Source: a virus (lineage: Duplodnaviria; Caudoviricetes). Taken from it: a DNA stretch of 64,000 bases. The notes under the pieces are model-generated. The model saw only the letters and a list, made by a program, of their open reading frames with translations. It was not told where the DNA came from and searched no databases. The position numbers and the translations under genes are program-made. Location: positions 36,815 through 100,814 of IMG/VR virus record IMGVR_UViG_3300029305_002725. One strand, given 5' to 3'. Below, piece after piece: positions 38,736 to 49,042 of the stretch. Every line of letters starts with the position of its first letter. Positions within the stretch are counted from its first letter, which is position 1.

Positions 38736-39227
38736 ATGTCTTTGATTGGCAATATTAAAACACTTTTTGAAGATAAAGAAAAAACTTCTCCTGTTTTCCC
38801 TATTACTAAAATAAAGGCAGTTAGCGATGATAATGGAGTTGGATTAGACGCTATTTTAAATACAGTTGTTTATTCAGAAGAATACGGTGGAGATGTTGCA
38901 ACTGTTGGTGTAAGCGCAGATACATTGGGCGGAAAAACTGTCGATGATTTTGCACAGGCTCCACTACGTAAATCTGCAACAATATTAGCAAGCGGTTGGT
39001 CTGATTCAACCCCTTATACTCAAACGATTTCTGTAGAGGGCGTTACTGTCGATGATGTCCCGCACATTTCTCCTGTATATTCTGATGATTTGGCAATTGC
39101 GATATCGCAGAAAGAAGCTTGGGGAATGGTTAGCAGAGCAAAAACTAACAATAACATTATTACATTTATATGTTTTGAAGAAAAGCCTGCTGTTGATATT
39201 GATGTACAGATTGAGGTGATTCGCTAA
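38736..39227 (+). CDS. fibre adaptor, cassette 5
   Basis: IKTLF.D...FP.T N-motif shared with 40850; LASGW...QTISVEGVT...F.C.E.P domain. Confidence 0.6.
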   Translation: MSLIGNIKTLFEDKEKTSPVFPITKIKAVSDDNGVGLDAILNTVVYSEEYGGDVATVGVSADTLGGKTVDDFAQAPLRKSATILASGWSDSTPYTQTISVEGVTVDDVPHISPVYSDDLAIAISQKEAWGMVSRAKTNNNIITFICFEEKPAVDIDVQIEVIR

Positions 39228-40357
39228 TGGCTGAATGCATTTTATATGGAAATGGCGGTAGTGGTGGTAGTGGAGCGCCGCTGAACTTCAAAGTTGTCGG
39301 TGGCACTTCCGCCCCTGCTTCCCCGTCTGAAAATATGATTTGGGTTAATACAGATGCAGAAATTACTAGTTGGATATTTTCTATGGAAGAACCATATACC
39401 GAAAACCTTCTAGAAGGCGCAATCCTTAAAACTGGTTATTTTTCGGATACTGGTTCACTTAAGAGTGCAACAGCTAATCCAGAATTCTATACAGAAGAAT
39501 ATATCCCAGTAAAGTATGGCTCATCTTATAAATGGAGTTATAATGTTTCAGCATCAAATCCAATGTGGCTTGCCATTGTTGAATATACTGAAGGCTATAC
39601 ATTTAAACAAAGATTAGTGCCAGTTAATTCTGTAACAGGAACTTATCAGACTGGTCAATATTTACCATCTTCAAGTGATGTAATTGCCGTGCGTTTAAAT
39701 TGGAGTACCTTTACAAATATTACATATGATGTAAAATTTATCGGGATTAATCCTGAGAATGCTGATGAAACATATAATGGCGCTGTGTGGTTCCCAACAG
39801 GTACATTTGCCAATACAGCCTTTAATGCACTAAAGAAAGACGGTATCATGGTTTATCCTAGGTCAGCAAAGCAGTATATAGATGGTGTATGGATGAATGT
39901 GACTGCGGAAATTTATCAAAACGGCGAATGGGCGAACTGGGCACGTTATATTTTTAAGTCTGGAGAAGGCGCGCTTGTTCCAATTACTCATCTTATTAAT
40001 CATACGGCTAACTCAAGTAATACGAATGTTAGCATAGTTATGGATGGTAGCTCTTCTTCGGGAAGTAGTTTAGCAACTGCGGTAACAAGCGAAGCCGTTG
40101 ACTTAAGTGGCTATTCTATGATATATGCACGTGCAAAATGCACATATAATTATCCCGACAGTAAATATCTACGTGTTGGTATTTTTAGCACCAAACCAAA
40201 AGATTCACTTACCTATCCTGATATTGCTCATACTGGTTTTAACGCAGATTCAACAGAAACCATCTATAGCTTACCAATTCCATCTGACATTGAAAAAGCA
40301 TTTATTGGAATTTTTGGCAATGGTAATGGTGAAATTTATGATATTTGGATGGAATGA
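39227..40357 (+). CDS. putative receptor-binding protein with inserted domain, cassette 5
   Basis: Conserved domain interrupted by ~125 aa insert; C-terminal domain related to 41232. Confidence 0.65.
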   Translation: MAECILYGNGGSGGSGAPLNFKVVGGTSAPASPSENMIWVNTDAEITSWIFSMEEPYTENLLEGAILKTGYFSDTGSLKSATANPEFYTEEYIPVKYGSSYKWSYNVSASNPMWLAIVEYTEGYTFKQRLVPVNSVTGTYQTGQYLPSSSDVIAVRLNWSTFTNITYDVKFIGINPENADETYNGAVWFPTGTFANTAFNALKKDGIMVYPRSAKQYIDGVWMNVTAEIYQNGEWANWARYIFKSGEGALVPITHLINHTANSSNTNVSIVMDGSSSSGSSLATAVTSEAVDLSGYSMIYARAKCTYNYPDSKYLRVGIFSTKPKDSLTYPDIAHTGFNADSTETIYSLPIPSDIEKAFIGIFGNGNGEIYDIWME

Positions 40358-40367
40358 GGTGGCATAA

Positions 40368-40682
40368 ATGAGAATGATTTATATTGATTCGGATTATAAG
40401 TGTCATATCGCAAATGATGGCACAATGACTGCGGTTGAAACAGCCTTTTTCGATGGCAAGTGTGATATCTTTGTGGAAGGCTACTGTTATAATGACAGCA
40501 AGGGGTATGTACAAATTTATCCTTGGAAACCATATAAGGAACTGGATGCTGCACAGAGAGATTATGAGAAGCAACTTCTCGAAGAATATAAAACAGAATT
40601 GGTAGAATACGAAAATGAGCTTGCAGAGTTAGACTCCTTAATTCTAGACTATCAGTATAATAGTTTAATGGAGGGATTATAA
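40368..40682 (+). CDS. putative fibre chaperone, cassette 5
   Basis: Paralog of 34301/42028. Confidence 0.65.
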   Translation: MRMIYIDSDYKCHIANDGTMTAVETAFFDGKCDIFVEGYCYNDSKGYVQIYPWKPYKELDAAQRDYEKQLLEEYKTELVEYENELAELDSLILDYQYNSLMEGL

Positions 40683-40683
40683 T

Positions 40684-40830
40684 ATGAATATTTTATTTAA
40701 AGTTTGTAAAAGAACTATTGAACGTGGAAGTTTTCCTGATGATATGGCAATGCGAATTAATGTGTTCTATGTAGCAGGATTAATTAATACAGAAGAATAT
40801 AATACTTTAATCGGTATGATTTCTAAATAA
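40684..40830 (+). CDS. small XkdX-like protein, 48 aa
   Basis: Hand-translated FKVCKRTIERG...INVFY.AGLI.TEEYN.L; paralog of 42323. Confidence 0.7.
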   Translation: MNILFKVCKRTIERGSFPDDMAMRINVFYVAGLINTEEYNTLIGMISK

Positions 40831-40849
40831 TAATAAGGAGGAATAATAA

Positions 40850-41218
40850 ATGGCTTTAACAGGCAGAATTAAAACGCTATTTACTGATAGCACAAAAACC
40901 GAAGTGTTATTCCCCCGTACAAGTATTGATGCAGTTACTGATGAAAATGGTACTAGCTTAAAAGCGCTGATTGGTAATAAGCAAAAGAAGGGTTCGGTAT
41001 CTCTTCTTGCGTCAAACTGGTCTGATATGATGCAAACAGTGAGCGTTGATGGAGTAACTGAGGATAATTCAATAATTCCAGTTCCTGCTCCTGAAAATCA
41101 TACTGCTTATTGTGAAGCAGGTATTTATTGCTCTGCTCAATCAAATGGAGCATTAACATTCATTTGTTCTGAAGTACCAACTACAGATTTAATTGTTAAT
41201 GTTCTGATTTTTGATTAA
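40850..41218 (+). CDS. fibre adaptor, cassette 6
   Basis: Paralogous N- and C-terminal motifs to 38736. Confidence 0.6.
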   Translation: MALTGRIKTLFTDSTKTEVLFPRTSIDAVTDENGTSLKALIGNKQKKGSVSLLASNWSDMMQTVSVDGVTEDNSIIPVPAPENHTAYCEAGIYCSAQSNGALTFICSEVPTTDLIVNVLIFD

Positions 41219-41231
41219 GGGGTGAAACAGT

Positions 41232-42017
41232 ATGATTTTTAATATGATTGGTGGAGGAAATGGTGGCGGCGGTGCTAGTCTCAACTTTAAAGTTGTTGGT
41301 GGCACGGTGGAACCCGCTTCCCCGTCTGAAAATATGATTTGGGTTAATACGGATGCAGAAATTACAAATTGGGTATTTTCTCCAGAAGTTCCAGAAAGTC
41401 CTTCTGATGGTATTGTTTGGTTTTATGTTAATGCATCTAAAACCACAATAGCTTTTGAAGCATTAAAAGAAAATAGTATACCAATTTATCCTAAATCTGC
41501 CAAGCAATACATTAATGGTGCATGGACAAATATAACTGCGAAAATTTATCAGAATAATAAATGGATAGAATGGGCTCGATATATTTTCCGCTCTGGTGAA
41601 GGTCCAATTGTTCCGATTACACAATATGGCTGGTATCGAGGAACAGCAACTCACACAAATGATAGTATTGTGCATAGTAGGTACGATTCGGGAAATGATA
41701 TGTCGGCTACATCAACAACAGATATTGTTGATTTAAAAGGCTACTCTACAATATATGCACTGGCAAATTTCACAAGTGGTTATAGTATTACATCAAGTAC
41801 ACCAACTAAGTGCCCATGTATCGGTCTTTCAACTAAAAAACCAAACTTTTCAGACGTAACCAATTCTTTTACAAGACCTGATATTGCATTAACTACTTTT
41901 GAACTTAATTCAACAAAAACTCTCTATAGCTTGCCGATTCCATCTGGTCTTAGTGCTGCATATATTTGGCTTCATGGTAATGGCAAGTTTGAAGTTTATG
42001 ATATTTGGATGGAGTGA
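41232..42017 (+). CDS. putative receptor-binding protein, cassette 6
   Basis: Conserved domain plus variable C-terminal domain ending YDIWME. Confidence 0.65.
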   Translation: MIFNMIGGGNGGGGASLNFKVVGGTVEPASPSENMIWVNTDAEITNWVFSPEVPESPSDGIVWFYVNASKTTIAFEALKENSIPIYPKSAKQYINGAWTNITAKIYQNNKWIEWARYIFRSGEGPIVPITQYGWYRGTATHTNDSIVHSRYDSGNDMSATSTTDIVDLKGYSTIYALANFTSGYSITSSTPTKCPCIGLSTKKPNFSDVTNSFTRPDIALTTFELNSTKTLYSLPIPSGLSAAYIWLHGNGKFEVYDIWME

Positions 42018-42027
42018 GGTGGCGTAA

Positions 42028-42321
42028 ATGAGAATGATTTATATTGATTCAGATTACAAGTGCCACGTTAATAATGACGGCACTATGGTCGCTGTAGAAG
42101 GCTCTTTTTTTGAGGGCAAATGCGACACCTTTGTGGAAGGCTATTGTTACGATGATAGCAATGGCTATGTACAGATTTATCCTTGGAAACCTTACGACGA
42201 ACTGGACTCTGCACAGCGAGAATATGAAAAACAACTTATTACACAGTATGAAACAGAGCTTGCAGAACTTGATGCTGCTTTATTGGAGGCACAATATCAA
42301 AATTTAATTGGAGGAATGTAA
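42028..42321 (+). CDS. putative fibre chaperone, cassette 6
   Basis: Paralog of 40368. Confidence 0.65.
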   Translation: MRMIYIDSDYKCHVNNDGTMVAVEGSFFEGKCDTFVEGYCYDDSNGYVQIYPWKPYDELDSAQREYEKQLITQYETELAELDAALLEAQYQNLIGGM

Positions 42322-42322
42322 A

Positions 42323-42469
42323 ATGAGTATTATGTTTAAAGTTTGTAAGAGAACTATTGAAAGAGGTAACTACCCTGAAGACATGGCAATGCGCGTTAAC
42401 GTATTTTATGGCGGCGGTTTAATTACAACCGATGAATATAATGAGCTAATGGGTATGCTCTCTGAATAA
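42323..42469 (+). CDS. small XkdX-like protein, 48 aa
   Basis: Hand-translated; paralog of 40684. Confidence 0.7.
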   Translation: MSIMFKVCKRTIERGNYPEDMAMRVNVFYGGGLITTDEYNELMGMLSE

Positions 42470-42497
42470 TTGTTATATAATAAAAGGAGGTGAAGTT

Positions 42498-43196
42498 GTG
42501 CCTCAAAACATATTTAAAATTTATGATGGACGCAATTGTTTTTGGCAGTGGGATACTAAGCAAAAACTTATTGTTTTAGATGAACGTGTCACAGAGGTGC
42601 GTTTTTCTAACAGAGATATGGAGCATTCTAAAAGAAGACCAGTCTATGCTGATAAAAATGGATTAAGAATTTGTAATGTTCCAGATATATTGCTACAGCT
42701 GCCTAAAAATTTAATTGCATATGCATGTATGAAAAATGGTGATGGTTCTTGTAGTACAATCAAAGCGGTTAAATTTGCAGTTACTAGGCAGCCAATCCCT
42801 ACTGATTATATATGCGAGCAAGATGCTGTGATTGAGGATATTCTATTTAGAATTGAACTATTGGAAAACTTGTTGAAAGACGTTGAAGCCGGTAAACAAC
42901 AATTTGTTAAGTTCAACAACGAAGTGGATGCCGCAAAATGGGCACTTGATAACGGAGAACCTGGAGATATTATCGTTGTTCATCTTACTGTAGGCTGGGT
43001 GCCACATACTATTGAAAATGATAGGAGCATTAAGCCTATTTGCAATTGCGAGGGTGAAATGATGATTATCGCTCTTGATGGAGATGATGCCGATGGAATT
43101 CCAGAAGATGAAGTTGAAATATATTATGACGGAAACTATATGGATGACGCAGATCTGATCCGATGTTTTGATGGTGGAAATGCTGCAGGTATTTAA
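42498..43196 (+). CDS. putative fibre anchor A
   Basis: FWQWDT.QKLIV...V.R.P.P.DYI domain; close paralog of 49043. Confidence 0.6.
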   Translation: MPQNIFKIYDGRNCFWQWDTKQKLIVLDERVTEVRFSNRDMEHSKRRPVYADKNGLRICNVPDILLQLPKNLIAYACMKNGDGSCSTIKAVKFAVTRQPIPTDYICEQDAVIEDILFRIELLENLLKDVEAGKQQFVKFNNEVDAAKWALDNGEPGDIIVVHLTVGWVPHTIENDRSIKPICNCEGEMMIIALDGDDADGIPEDEVEIYYDGNYMDDADLIRCFDGGNAAGI

Positions 43197-43245
43197 TTGT
43201 ATTGGCAGTTTTTTCATATAAAAAATTATGAAAGGATGATATTGA

Positions 43246-44124
43246 ATGGCAGTTCAAAAAATCAAAACTGTGTTCCAATTCCGTAGAGCGACTGCGGAAG
43301 AGTGGCTGTTAAATAAAGACGTTAAACCTGCCGCTGGTGAACCTTGTTTTGTTATTGATGAGAACATTCTAAAAATTGGTGATGGTATTCATACCTTTGA
43401 GCAGCTAGAGCCAATTAATGGTGTCAAACTAGAAATTGCCGCTGATGAAAAGTCTATTATTTTAGATGATAATATTCTAAAACTAATGGGCTTTGATGAT
43501 GCACCAGAAGGTGCTCAGCCGCAAAAGGATAAAGACGGAAAACTTAAGTGGGCTGTTCCATCTACTGAAGTTATTGACACTCTAAAATCTGATGTTGCGG
43601 GTTTAAAAACTAGTGTTGATAGCATTGCAACTGATGTTGGTGGACTACAGACCGAAGTTTCTGACCTAAAGGTTATCATTGGTTCTGACGATAGTGGTTC
43701 TGAAACACTATTGTCTAGAATTGAAGGTCTAGAGAAAGAAGTTGACACCATTATTAATGGTTTAACACCTGATGATGGCACAATTGATAGTTTAGTTGAA
43801 CTTATTAATTATGTTGAAACTCATGGTAAAAAGACTGCAAAAATCGTATCTGATATCACTACGCTCCAAGATTTGGTTGGTACAGATCCTGTTGCTGATC
43901 AAATCGCTACAGCCACTGCCAATTGTGTCAAGAAAATTGCTGTTAATGGTATTCTACTAGATATGATTGATGGCAGGATTGATATTACTATTCCTGAAAT
44001 TAAGGAATCTGATGAGATCGCTGTCAATGAAGATGGTTCTTTAAGCATTAAGACTATTAGCTTTGACAAGATTGCACAGAGTCCCGACGTTACCATTATT
44101 ATGGATGGTGGAAGTGCTGTCTAA
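43246..44124 (+). CDS. fibre protein with Mtd_N-like N-terminal domain and coiled coil
   Basis: QFRRATAEEW...GEPCF...LKIGDG..TF.QL. Confidence 0.7.
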   Translation: MAVQKIKTVFQFRRATAEEWLLNKDVKPAAGEPCFVIDENILKIGDGIHTFEQLEPINGVKLEIAADEKSIILDDNILKLMGFDDAPEGAQPQKDKDGKLKWAVPSTEVIDTLKSDVAGLKTSVDSIATDVGGLQTEVSDLKVIIGSDDSGSETLLSRIEGLEKEVDTIINGLTPDDGTIDSLVELINYVETHGKKTAKIVSDITTLQDLVGTDPVADQIATATANCVKKIAVNGILLDMIDGRIDITIPEIKESDEIAVNEDGSLSIKTISFDKIAQSPDVTIIMDGGSAV

Positions 44125-44167
44125 CAGTACAAAATTAATGTAAGTTTACGAATGAGGAGGTGATATT

Positions 44168-45148
44168 ATGAGAAAAGGTATTGATTGTAAGGGTCGTGAG
44201 TGGGAAGAAAATTTCAATAAACTGTCACCAGATAAAGATTTAGTTGGAAAGGTTTTTGGAAAACTTTCTGTTCAATTTCGAGTTCAAAATGACAAGCAAG
44301 GAAATTCATATTGGATGACTTCATGTGAATGTGGCAATGATCTTGTGGTGAAAGGTGTTAGTCTTAGAAATCAACATACGAAATCTTGTGGTTGTTCATC
44401 TAGCGAATTTGTGTCAGAAAAATTAATAAAACCATTTAATATTGGTGAGCAAATTGGATATTTTACTATTATTAAACAGGCTGATGGTTATCTTGGAAAA
44501 GGTGCGTATTGGCATGTTTTGTGTAGATGTGGAACAGAAAAGGTTGTACAGGCTGAAGCACTGCGAAATGGCGCAATCGTGTCATGTGGATGCTATCATA
44601 AAGATGTAACACGAGAAAAAAACTTAATTGATTTATATGGAAGAAGATTTGGTTATTTGACTGTGTTAAAACTATCTGATAATCAGCTACATGATGAACT
44701 TTATTGGACTGTTCGTTGTGACTGTGGAACAATTAAAGATATTTCAGGTCATAGTATGAAAAGCGGAAATACGATTTCTTGTGGATGTAAAAAGCGTTCA
44801 TTTGGAGAAACTGTAATTGACCAGCTATTGACGACTAATGAAATATCATTTAAATCAGAATATGTTTTTACCGACTTGTTGTCACCTAGAAATGGATACT
44901 TAAGATATGATTTTGCTATTCTTGATACAAACAATCGACCAACTAGGCTGATTGAATTTGATGGGCAGCAGCACGATGAACCAGTAGATTATTTTGGTGG
45001 CAGTGAATCATTTCAAATTTTAAAAGAAAACGACAAACTGAAAAATCAATATGCATTATCTCATAATATACCACTAGTTCGTTTACCATATACAAAAAGA
45101 AATAATATAAATTTAGAAGATCTCTTAGGAGATAAATATTTAATTTAA
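44168..45148 (+). mobile_element. free-standing putative homing endonuclease (zinc-ribbon repeats + Vsr/DUF559-like nuclease)
   Basis: 3x G..FG.L.V...W..C.CG...L..G...SCGC repeats, then S.GE, LRYDF, IEFDGQQH, D..KN, IPL.R.PY. Confidence 0.75.
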
Positions 45149-45163
45149 AGGAGAAATGTAATT

Positions 45164-47275
45164 ATGGCTATTGAAAATGCAAAGACTCTAAATGTAAGAA
45201 TTCGTAATAAGTATGACTCTTATGAGAATTGGATTTCATCTGGTCTAACTTTAGAGGCTGGAGAAATTGCAATCGCATATACCACAGTTGATGTTAAGGT
45301 TGATAATGGTGTAGCAAAACATCCAGCATTGCTTGCAAAAGTCGGCAATGGATCCGACTCCTTTAAGGATTTACCTTGGCTAAGTGCTCGTGCAGCTGAT
45401 GTTCTAGCTGTTTGTAAGAATGAAGCCGAACTAAAAACCTTCATCAATGGTGTTATTGCTGATGCTGGCATTGCTTCTAGCGATGCTATGGAAGCTCTAG
45501 CTGGCAGAGTTACCACTGCTGAGGGCAAGGTTACTACCCTAGAGGGCAAGATGACAACTGCAGAGGGTAAGATTACTGCTAATGAAGGTGCTATTGCTAC
45601 TCTAAACGAGCTAGTTGGTAACACTTCTGTTAACGCTCAGATTAAGGCTTATGTTGACGCTCTAAATCTAGCTGACACTTATGCTGCAAAGACTCACGGC
45701 CATGCTATTGCTGATGTTGAAGGTCTATCTGACAGTATTGCCGCTGCCAAGAAGGCTGGTACTGATGCCAATGCTGCGCTAGAGGCTTACAAGACCACTA
45801 ATGACGCTGCCGTTAAGGTTAACTCCGATGCTATTACTGCTATTAAGAATGGTACTTCCATTGACAACTTCAAGGAAGTCGAAGAGGCTCTAGCTGGCAA
45901 GCAGGCTGCTGGTGACTACTCTGTTGTTGGTCACAAGCATGAAATTGCTGATGTGAACGGCTTATCTGATGCTATCGCTGATGCTAAGAAGGCTGGCACT
46001 GATGCTGCTACTGCTGCTGGTCAGGCTCTAACTGACGCTAAGGCATACACCGACAGCGAGATGACCAGACTAGTTGGTGCAACTCCTGTTGCTGATCAGA
46101 TTTCTGGTGCTATTACCGAGCTAGACCTAGCCAACACTTACGACGCTAAGGGTGCAGCTGCTGCCGCTGAGACTGCTGCTAAGTCCCACGCTACCGAGCT
46201 AAATACTGCTATGGATGGCAGAATGCAGGCTGTTGAGGCTAAGAAGCACGAGCATGAGAATAAGACTGTTCTAGATGGCATTACTGCTGAGAAGGTTGCT
46301 GCTTGGGATGCTGCTGAGCAGAACGCTAAGGATTATGCTGATGATCTAGACGAGGCTATGGATGCTAGAGTTCTAGCTCTAGAGGCTAAGTTCGGTGATG
46401 GCGAAGGCAACGTTGAAGCTCAGATTGCTGCCGCTGTTGCTGCTGAAGCTAAGCTACGTGACGATGCTGACAAGGCTCTACAGGCTCTAATTGAGTCCAA
46501 CGATGCTGATATCCTAGCTCTACAGGGTCTAGTTGGTGAAACCAAGGTTTCTACTGCTATTGAGACTGCTGTTAATGCTGAAAAAGAAAGAGCAATGGGC
46601 GTTGAGGGTGGTCTAGAGACCAGACTAAAGGCTGTTGAGGACGATCATCTAGTTGCTGCCGACAAGACCGAGCTAGAGGGTAAGATTAAGTCCAACACCG
46701 ACGCTATTGCTCTACTAACTAATGGTGCTGATCCTGATGTTGTTGACGGTGTTACCGACCTAATTGCTTATGTTGCAGAGCATGGTACTGAGGTCACTGG
46801 TATTAAGGCCGACATCAAGACCAATGCTGATGACATTGATGCTCTAGAAGGCAGAATGACTACTGCCGAAGGTGCTATTGCTACCAAGGCTGCTCAGGCT
46901 GACCTAGAGGCTCTAGCTGGTCGTGTTACTACTGTTGAGGGCGACCTAAACACTGAGACCACTGGTCTAAAGGCTAGAATGACTGCTGCTGAGGCTGATA
47001 TCGATGCTCTAGAGGCAAAGGTTGACACTGGTGATAAGAAGGTTTCTGAGTATGTTGCTGCTGCTATCAATGCACTAAGCATTGGTGATTATGCTAAGGC
47101 TGCAGACCTAACCGCTGCTATTAATCAGCATAACACTGACAAGGCTGCTCTAGAGGCTGAAATTGCTAAGAAGGCTAACGATGCTGATCTAGCTGCTATT
47201 GCTAAGACTGGTTCTACCGACGATCTAGTTCAGGGTGAACTTGTTCTAGTATTTAACTGCGGTGGCGCTAACTAA
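45164..47275 (+). CDS. long coiled-coil fibre protein with Mtd_N-like N-terminal domain
   Basis: RIRNKYD..ENW...GEIAI...KVGNG...F.DLPW; Ala-rich heptads; H.H.IADV.GL repeats. Confidence 0.75.
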   Translation: MAIENAKTLNVRIRNKYDSYENWISSGLTLEAGEIAIAYTTVDVKVDNGVAKHPALLAKVGNGSDSFKDLPWLSARAADVLAVCKNEAELKTFINGVIADAGIASSDAMEALAGRVTTAEGKVTTLEGKMTTAEGKITANEGAIATLNELVGNTSVNAQIKAYVDALNLADTYAAKTHGHAIADVEGLSDSIAAAKKAGTDANAALEAYKTTNDAAVKVNSDAITAIKNGTSIDNFKEVEEALAGKQAAGDYSVVGHKHEIADVNGLSDAIADAKKAGTDAATAAGQALTDAKAYTDSEMTRLVGATPVADQISGAITELDLANTYDAKGAAAAAETAAKSHATELNTAMDGRMQAVEAKKHEHENKTVLDGITAEKVAAWDAAEQNAKDYADDLDEAMDARVLALEAKFGDGEGNVEAQIAAAVAAEAKLRDDADKALQALIESNDADILALQGLVGETKVSTAIETAVNAEKERAMGVEGGLETRLKAVEDDHLVAADKTELEGKIKSNTDAIALLTNGADPDVVDGVTDLIAYVAEHGTEVTGIKADIKTNADDIDALEGRMTTAEGAIATKAAQADLEALAGRVTTVEGDLNTETTGLKARMTAAEADIDALEAKVDTGDKKVSEYVAAAINALSIGDYAKAADLTAAINQHNTDKAALEAEIAKKANDADLAAIAKTGSTDDLVQGELVLVFNCGGAN

Positions 47276-47301
47276 TATTAGTTAATTTGAATAAGAATGA
47301 T

Positions 47302-47330
47302 GGGGAGCCTGAAACGATGGCTCCCCTCTT
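47302..47330 (+). terminator. terminator-like hairpin
   Basis: GGGGAGCC...GGCTCCCC. Confidence 0.6.
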
Positions 47331-47370
47331 CTCTAAAATCTGAAATGATGATTTGAAGGAGAAATTAATA

Positions 47371-48792
47371 ATGGCTGAAAAAAATTTAAATAATATTCGT
47401 ATCATTAATAAACATGATACAGAAGAGAACTGGCTAAAAGCCACGGGATTTTCACCATTACAGGGTGAACTTATTGTTTATGACGTAGATGCTAATTATT
47501 CATATGAGCGCTTAAAAATCGGTGACGGCACAACAAATGTGAACGACCTACCGTTTATTGATGATTCTTTATATGAGCAAATTAAAACAGAAATTGACGC
47601 AATTCCAGTTCCAGTACAAGCTGATTGGAATGAAAATGATAGCACAAGTATATCTTATATTAAAAATAAGACGCACGGTGTTGAAAAAGTTGACGTTGTT
47701 GTCATAGAGGAACAAGAGGTCACTTTTGTTTTAAGTGAGTCGCTTTATATGGCAGAGGTTTCAGGCACTTTCTTGCATGAACCAAACATGGTTGATGAAA
47801 ATGGATTTACTATCATATGGGATGGTGAAACATATCAAAGATCTATCGTTATTTTTTATGGAGATTATTTTATAGGTAATTTATCTATATTGACTGGTGA
47901 TGAAACACATAATACGGGAGAACCTTTCGTGTTTATGTGTTACCCTGATGGATGCCTTGTTGGATGTCCGCAGTCTGAAGGAATGGTACATACCATTAGT
48001 TTGTCATATAATGCAGAAGACGTACAAAAGCTAGATATGAAATATTTGCCAAGTGATTTGGCATTGAAGTCTGAAATACCAACTATTCCTACAAACGTTT
48101 CAGCATTTGTTAATGATGCAGAATATGTTGCTTTAATCAAAGGTAATGAACAAACTTTTGAATTTACAAGAGACGAAACTTATTCTGGAGACCATTTTAA
48201 ATGGAATGGTTTTGATTATTATAAAGTTTCCGATATGACACCGTTATATGATGATATTACCGCTGTAAGTGGTACGTGGTTTGCTAATGGTAATATATCT
48301 ACTCAAGAAACTCTGATGACCGGCACTTCTTGTTATTATGCTGGACATGCTATAGTTATTATTGAGCCAGGTTCTTGCACACTTTCAAATATGACTTTTA
48401 ATGCACCATCTGCCGGTATTTATTTTAAGAAGTCTAGCGATACATATTATCAGACCGCATTGTCTATGACATTTGCACGTAAATGCATCAGCGACAATAT
48501 TATTCCAGATAATATTGCAAGAACACCAAAAATGACAGGCGTAACATTATCTGCTACAAGTTGGACTGGTGATACTAATCCATATTCTCAAGTTGTAACC
48601 ATTAATGGAGTCACTACTAATAGCAAGGTTGATTTGCAGCCTACTGCGTATCAAATTGTTGAAATGCAGAACAATGATATTGCATTTATTGCAGAGAATA
48701 ATGATGGTGTAGTTACTGTTTATGCTATTGGTGGTAAGCCTGCTGTGGATTATACTATGCAAGCATTAATTACGGAGGTGGTTGTAGTATGA
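47371..48792 (+). CDS. fibre protein with Mtd_N-like N-terminal domain
   Basis: KHDTEENW...GELIVYD...LKIGDG.T.V.DLPF; QADWNEND...YIKNK motif. Confidence 0.7.
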   Translation: MAEKNLNNIRIINKHDTEENWLKATGFSPLQGELIVYDVDANYSYERLKIGDGTTNVNDLPFIDDSLYEQIKTEIDAIPVPVQADWNENDSTSISYIKNKTHGVEKVDVVVIEEQEVTFVLSESLYMAEVSGTFLHEPNMVDENGFTIIWDGETYQRSIVIFYGDYFIGNLSILTGDETHNTGEPFVFMCYPDGCLVGCPQSEGMVHTISLSYNAEDVQKLDMKYLPSDLALKSEIPTIPTNVSAFVNDAEYVALIKGNEQTFEFTRDETYSGDHFKWNGFDYYKVSDMTPLYDDITAVSGTWFANGNISTQETLMTGTSCYYAGHAIVIIEPGSCTLSNMTFNAPSAGIYFKKSSDTYYQTALSMTFARKCISDNIIPDNIARTPKMTGVTLSATSWTGDTNPYSQVVTINGVTTNSKVDLQPTAYQIVEMQNNDIAFIAENNDGVVTVYAIGGKPAVDYTMQALITEVVVV

Positions 48793-48986
48793 AGATAGTC
48801 GGTAATATGGTCGGATGCTACAGCCCGATTGGTAAAACCTTTATTCTCGAAGATGAAAATGGAAATGAACTTACTGGTATTGTTGTAGATCAAGAAGTAG
48901 TATTTACAGCAACTGCAGCGGATATTGTGAAAGGTAAAGTTGCTGGAACTGAAGATGGCGTTGTTGTTGGAACACATGAATGTTAA
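48789..48986 (+). CDS. small fibre-associated protein
   Basis: TATAADIVKGK.A...G.V.GT motif; ATGA overlap. Confidence 0.6.
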   Translation: MKIVGNMVGCYSPIGKTFILEDENGNELTGIVVDQEVVFTATAADIVKGKVAGTEDGVVVGTHEC

Positions 48987-49042
48987 TATATGGTACTAGT
49001 AAATTAAATATAAATATTGCACAATTTTGAAAAGGAGGTGCA

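Noticed and set aside
32964-42469. Invertible shufflon
   Set aside because: All cassettes are co-oriented with their own starts; no recombinase or inverted crossover sites seen.
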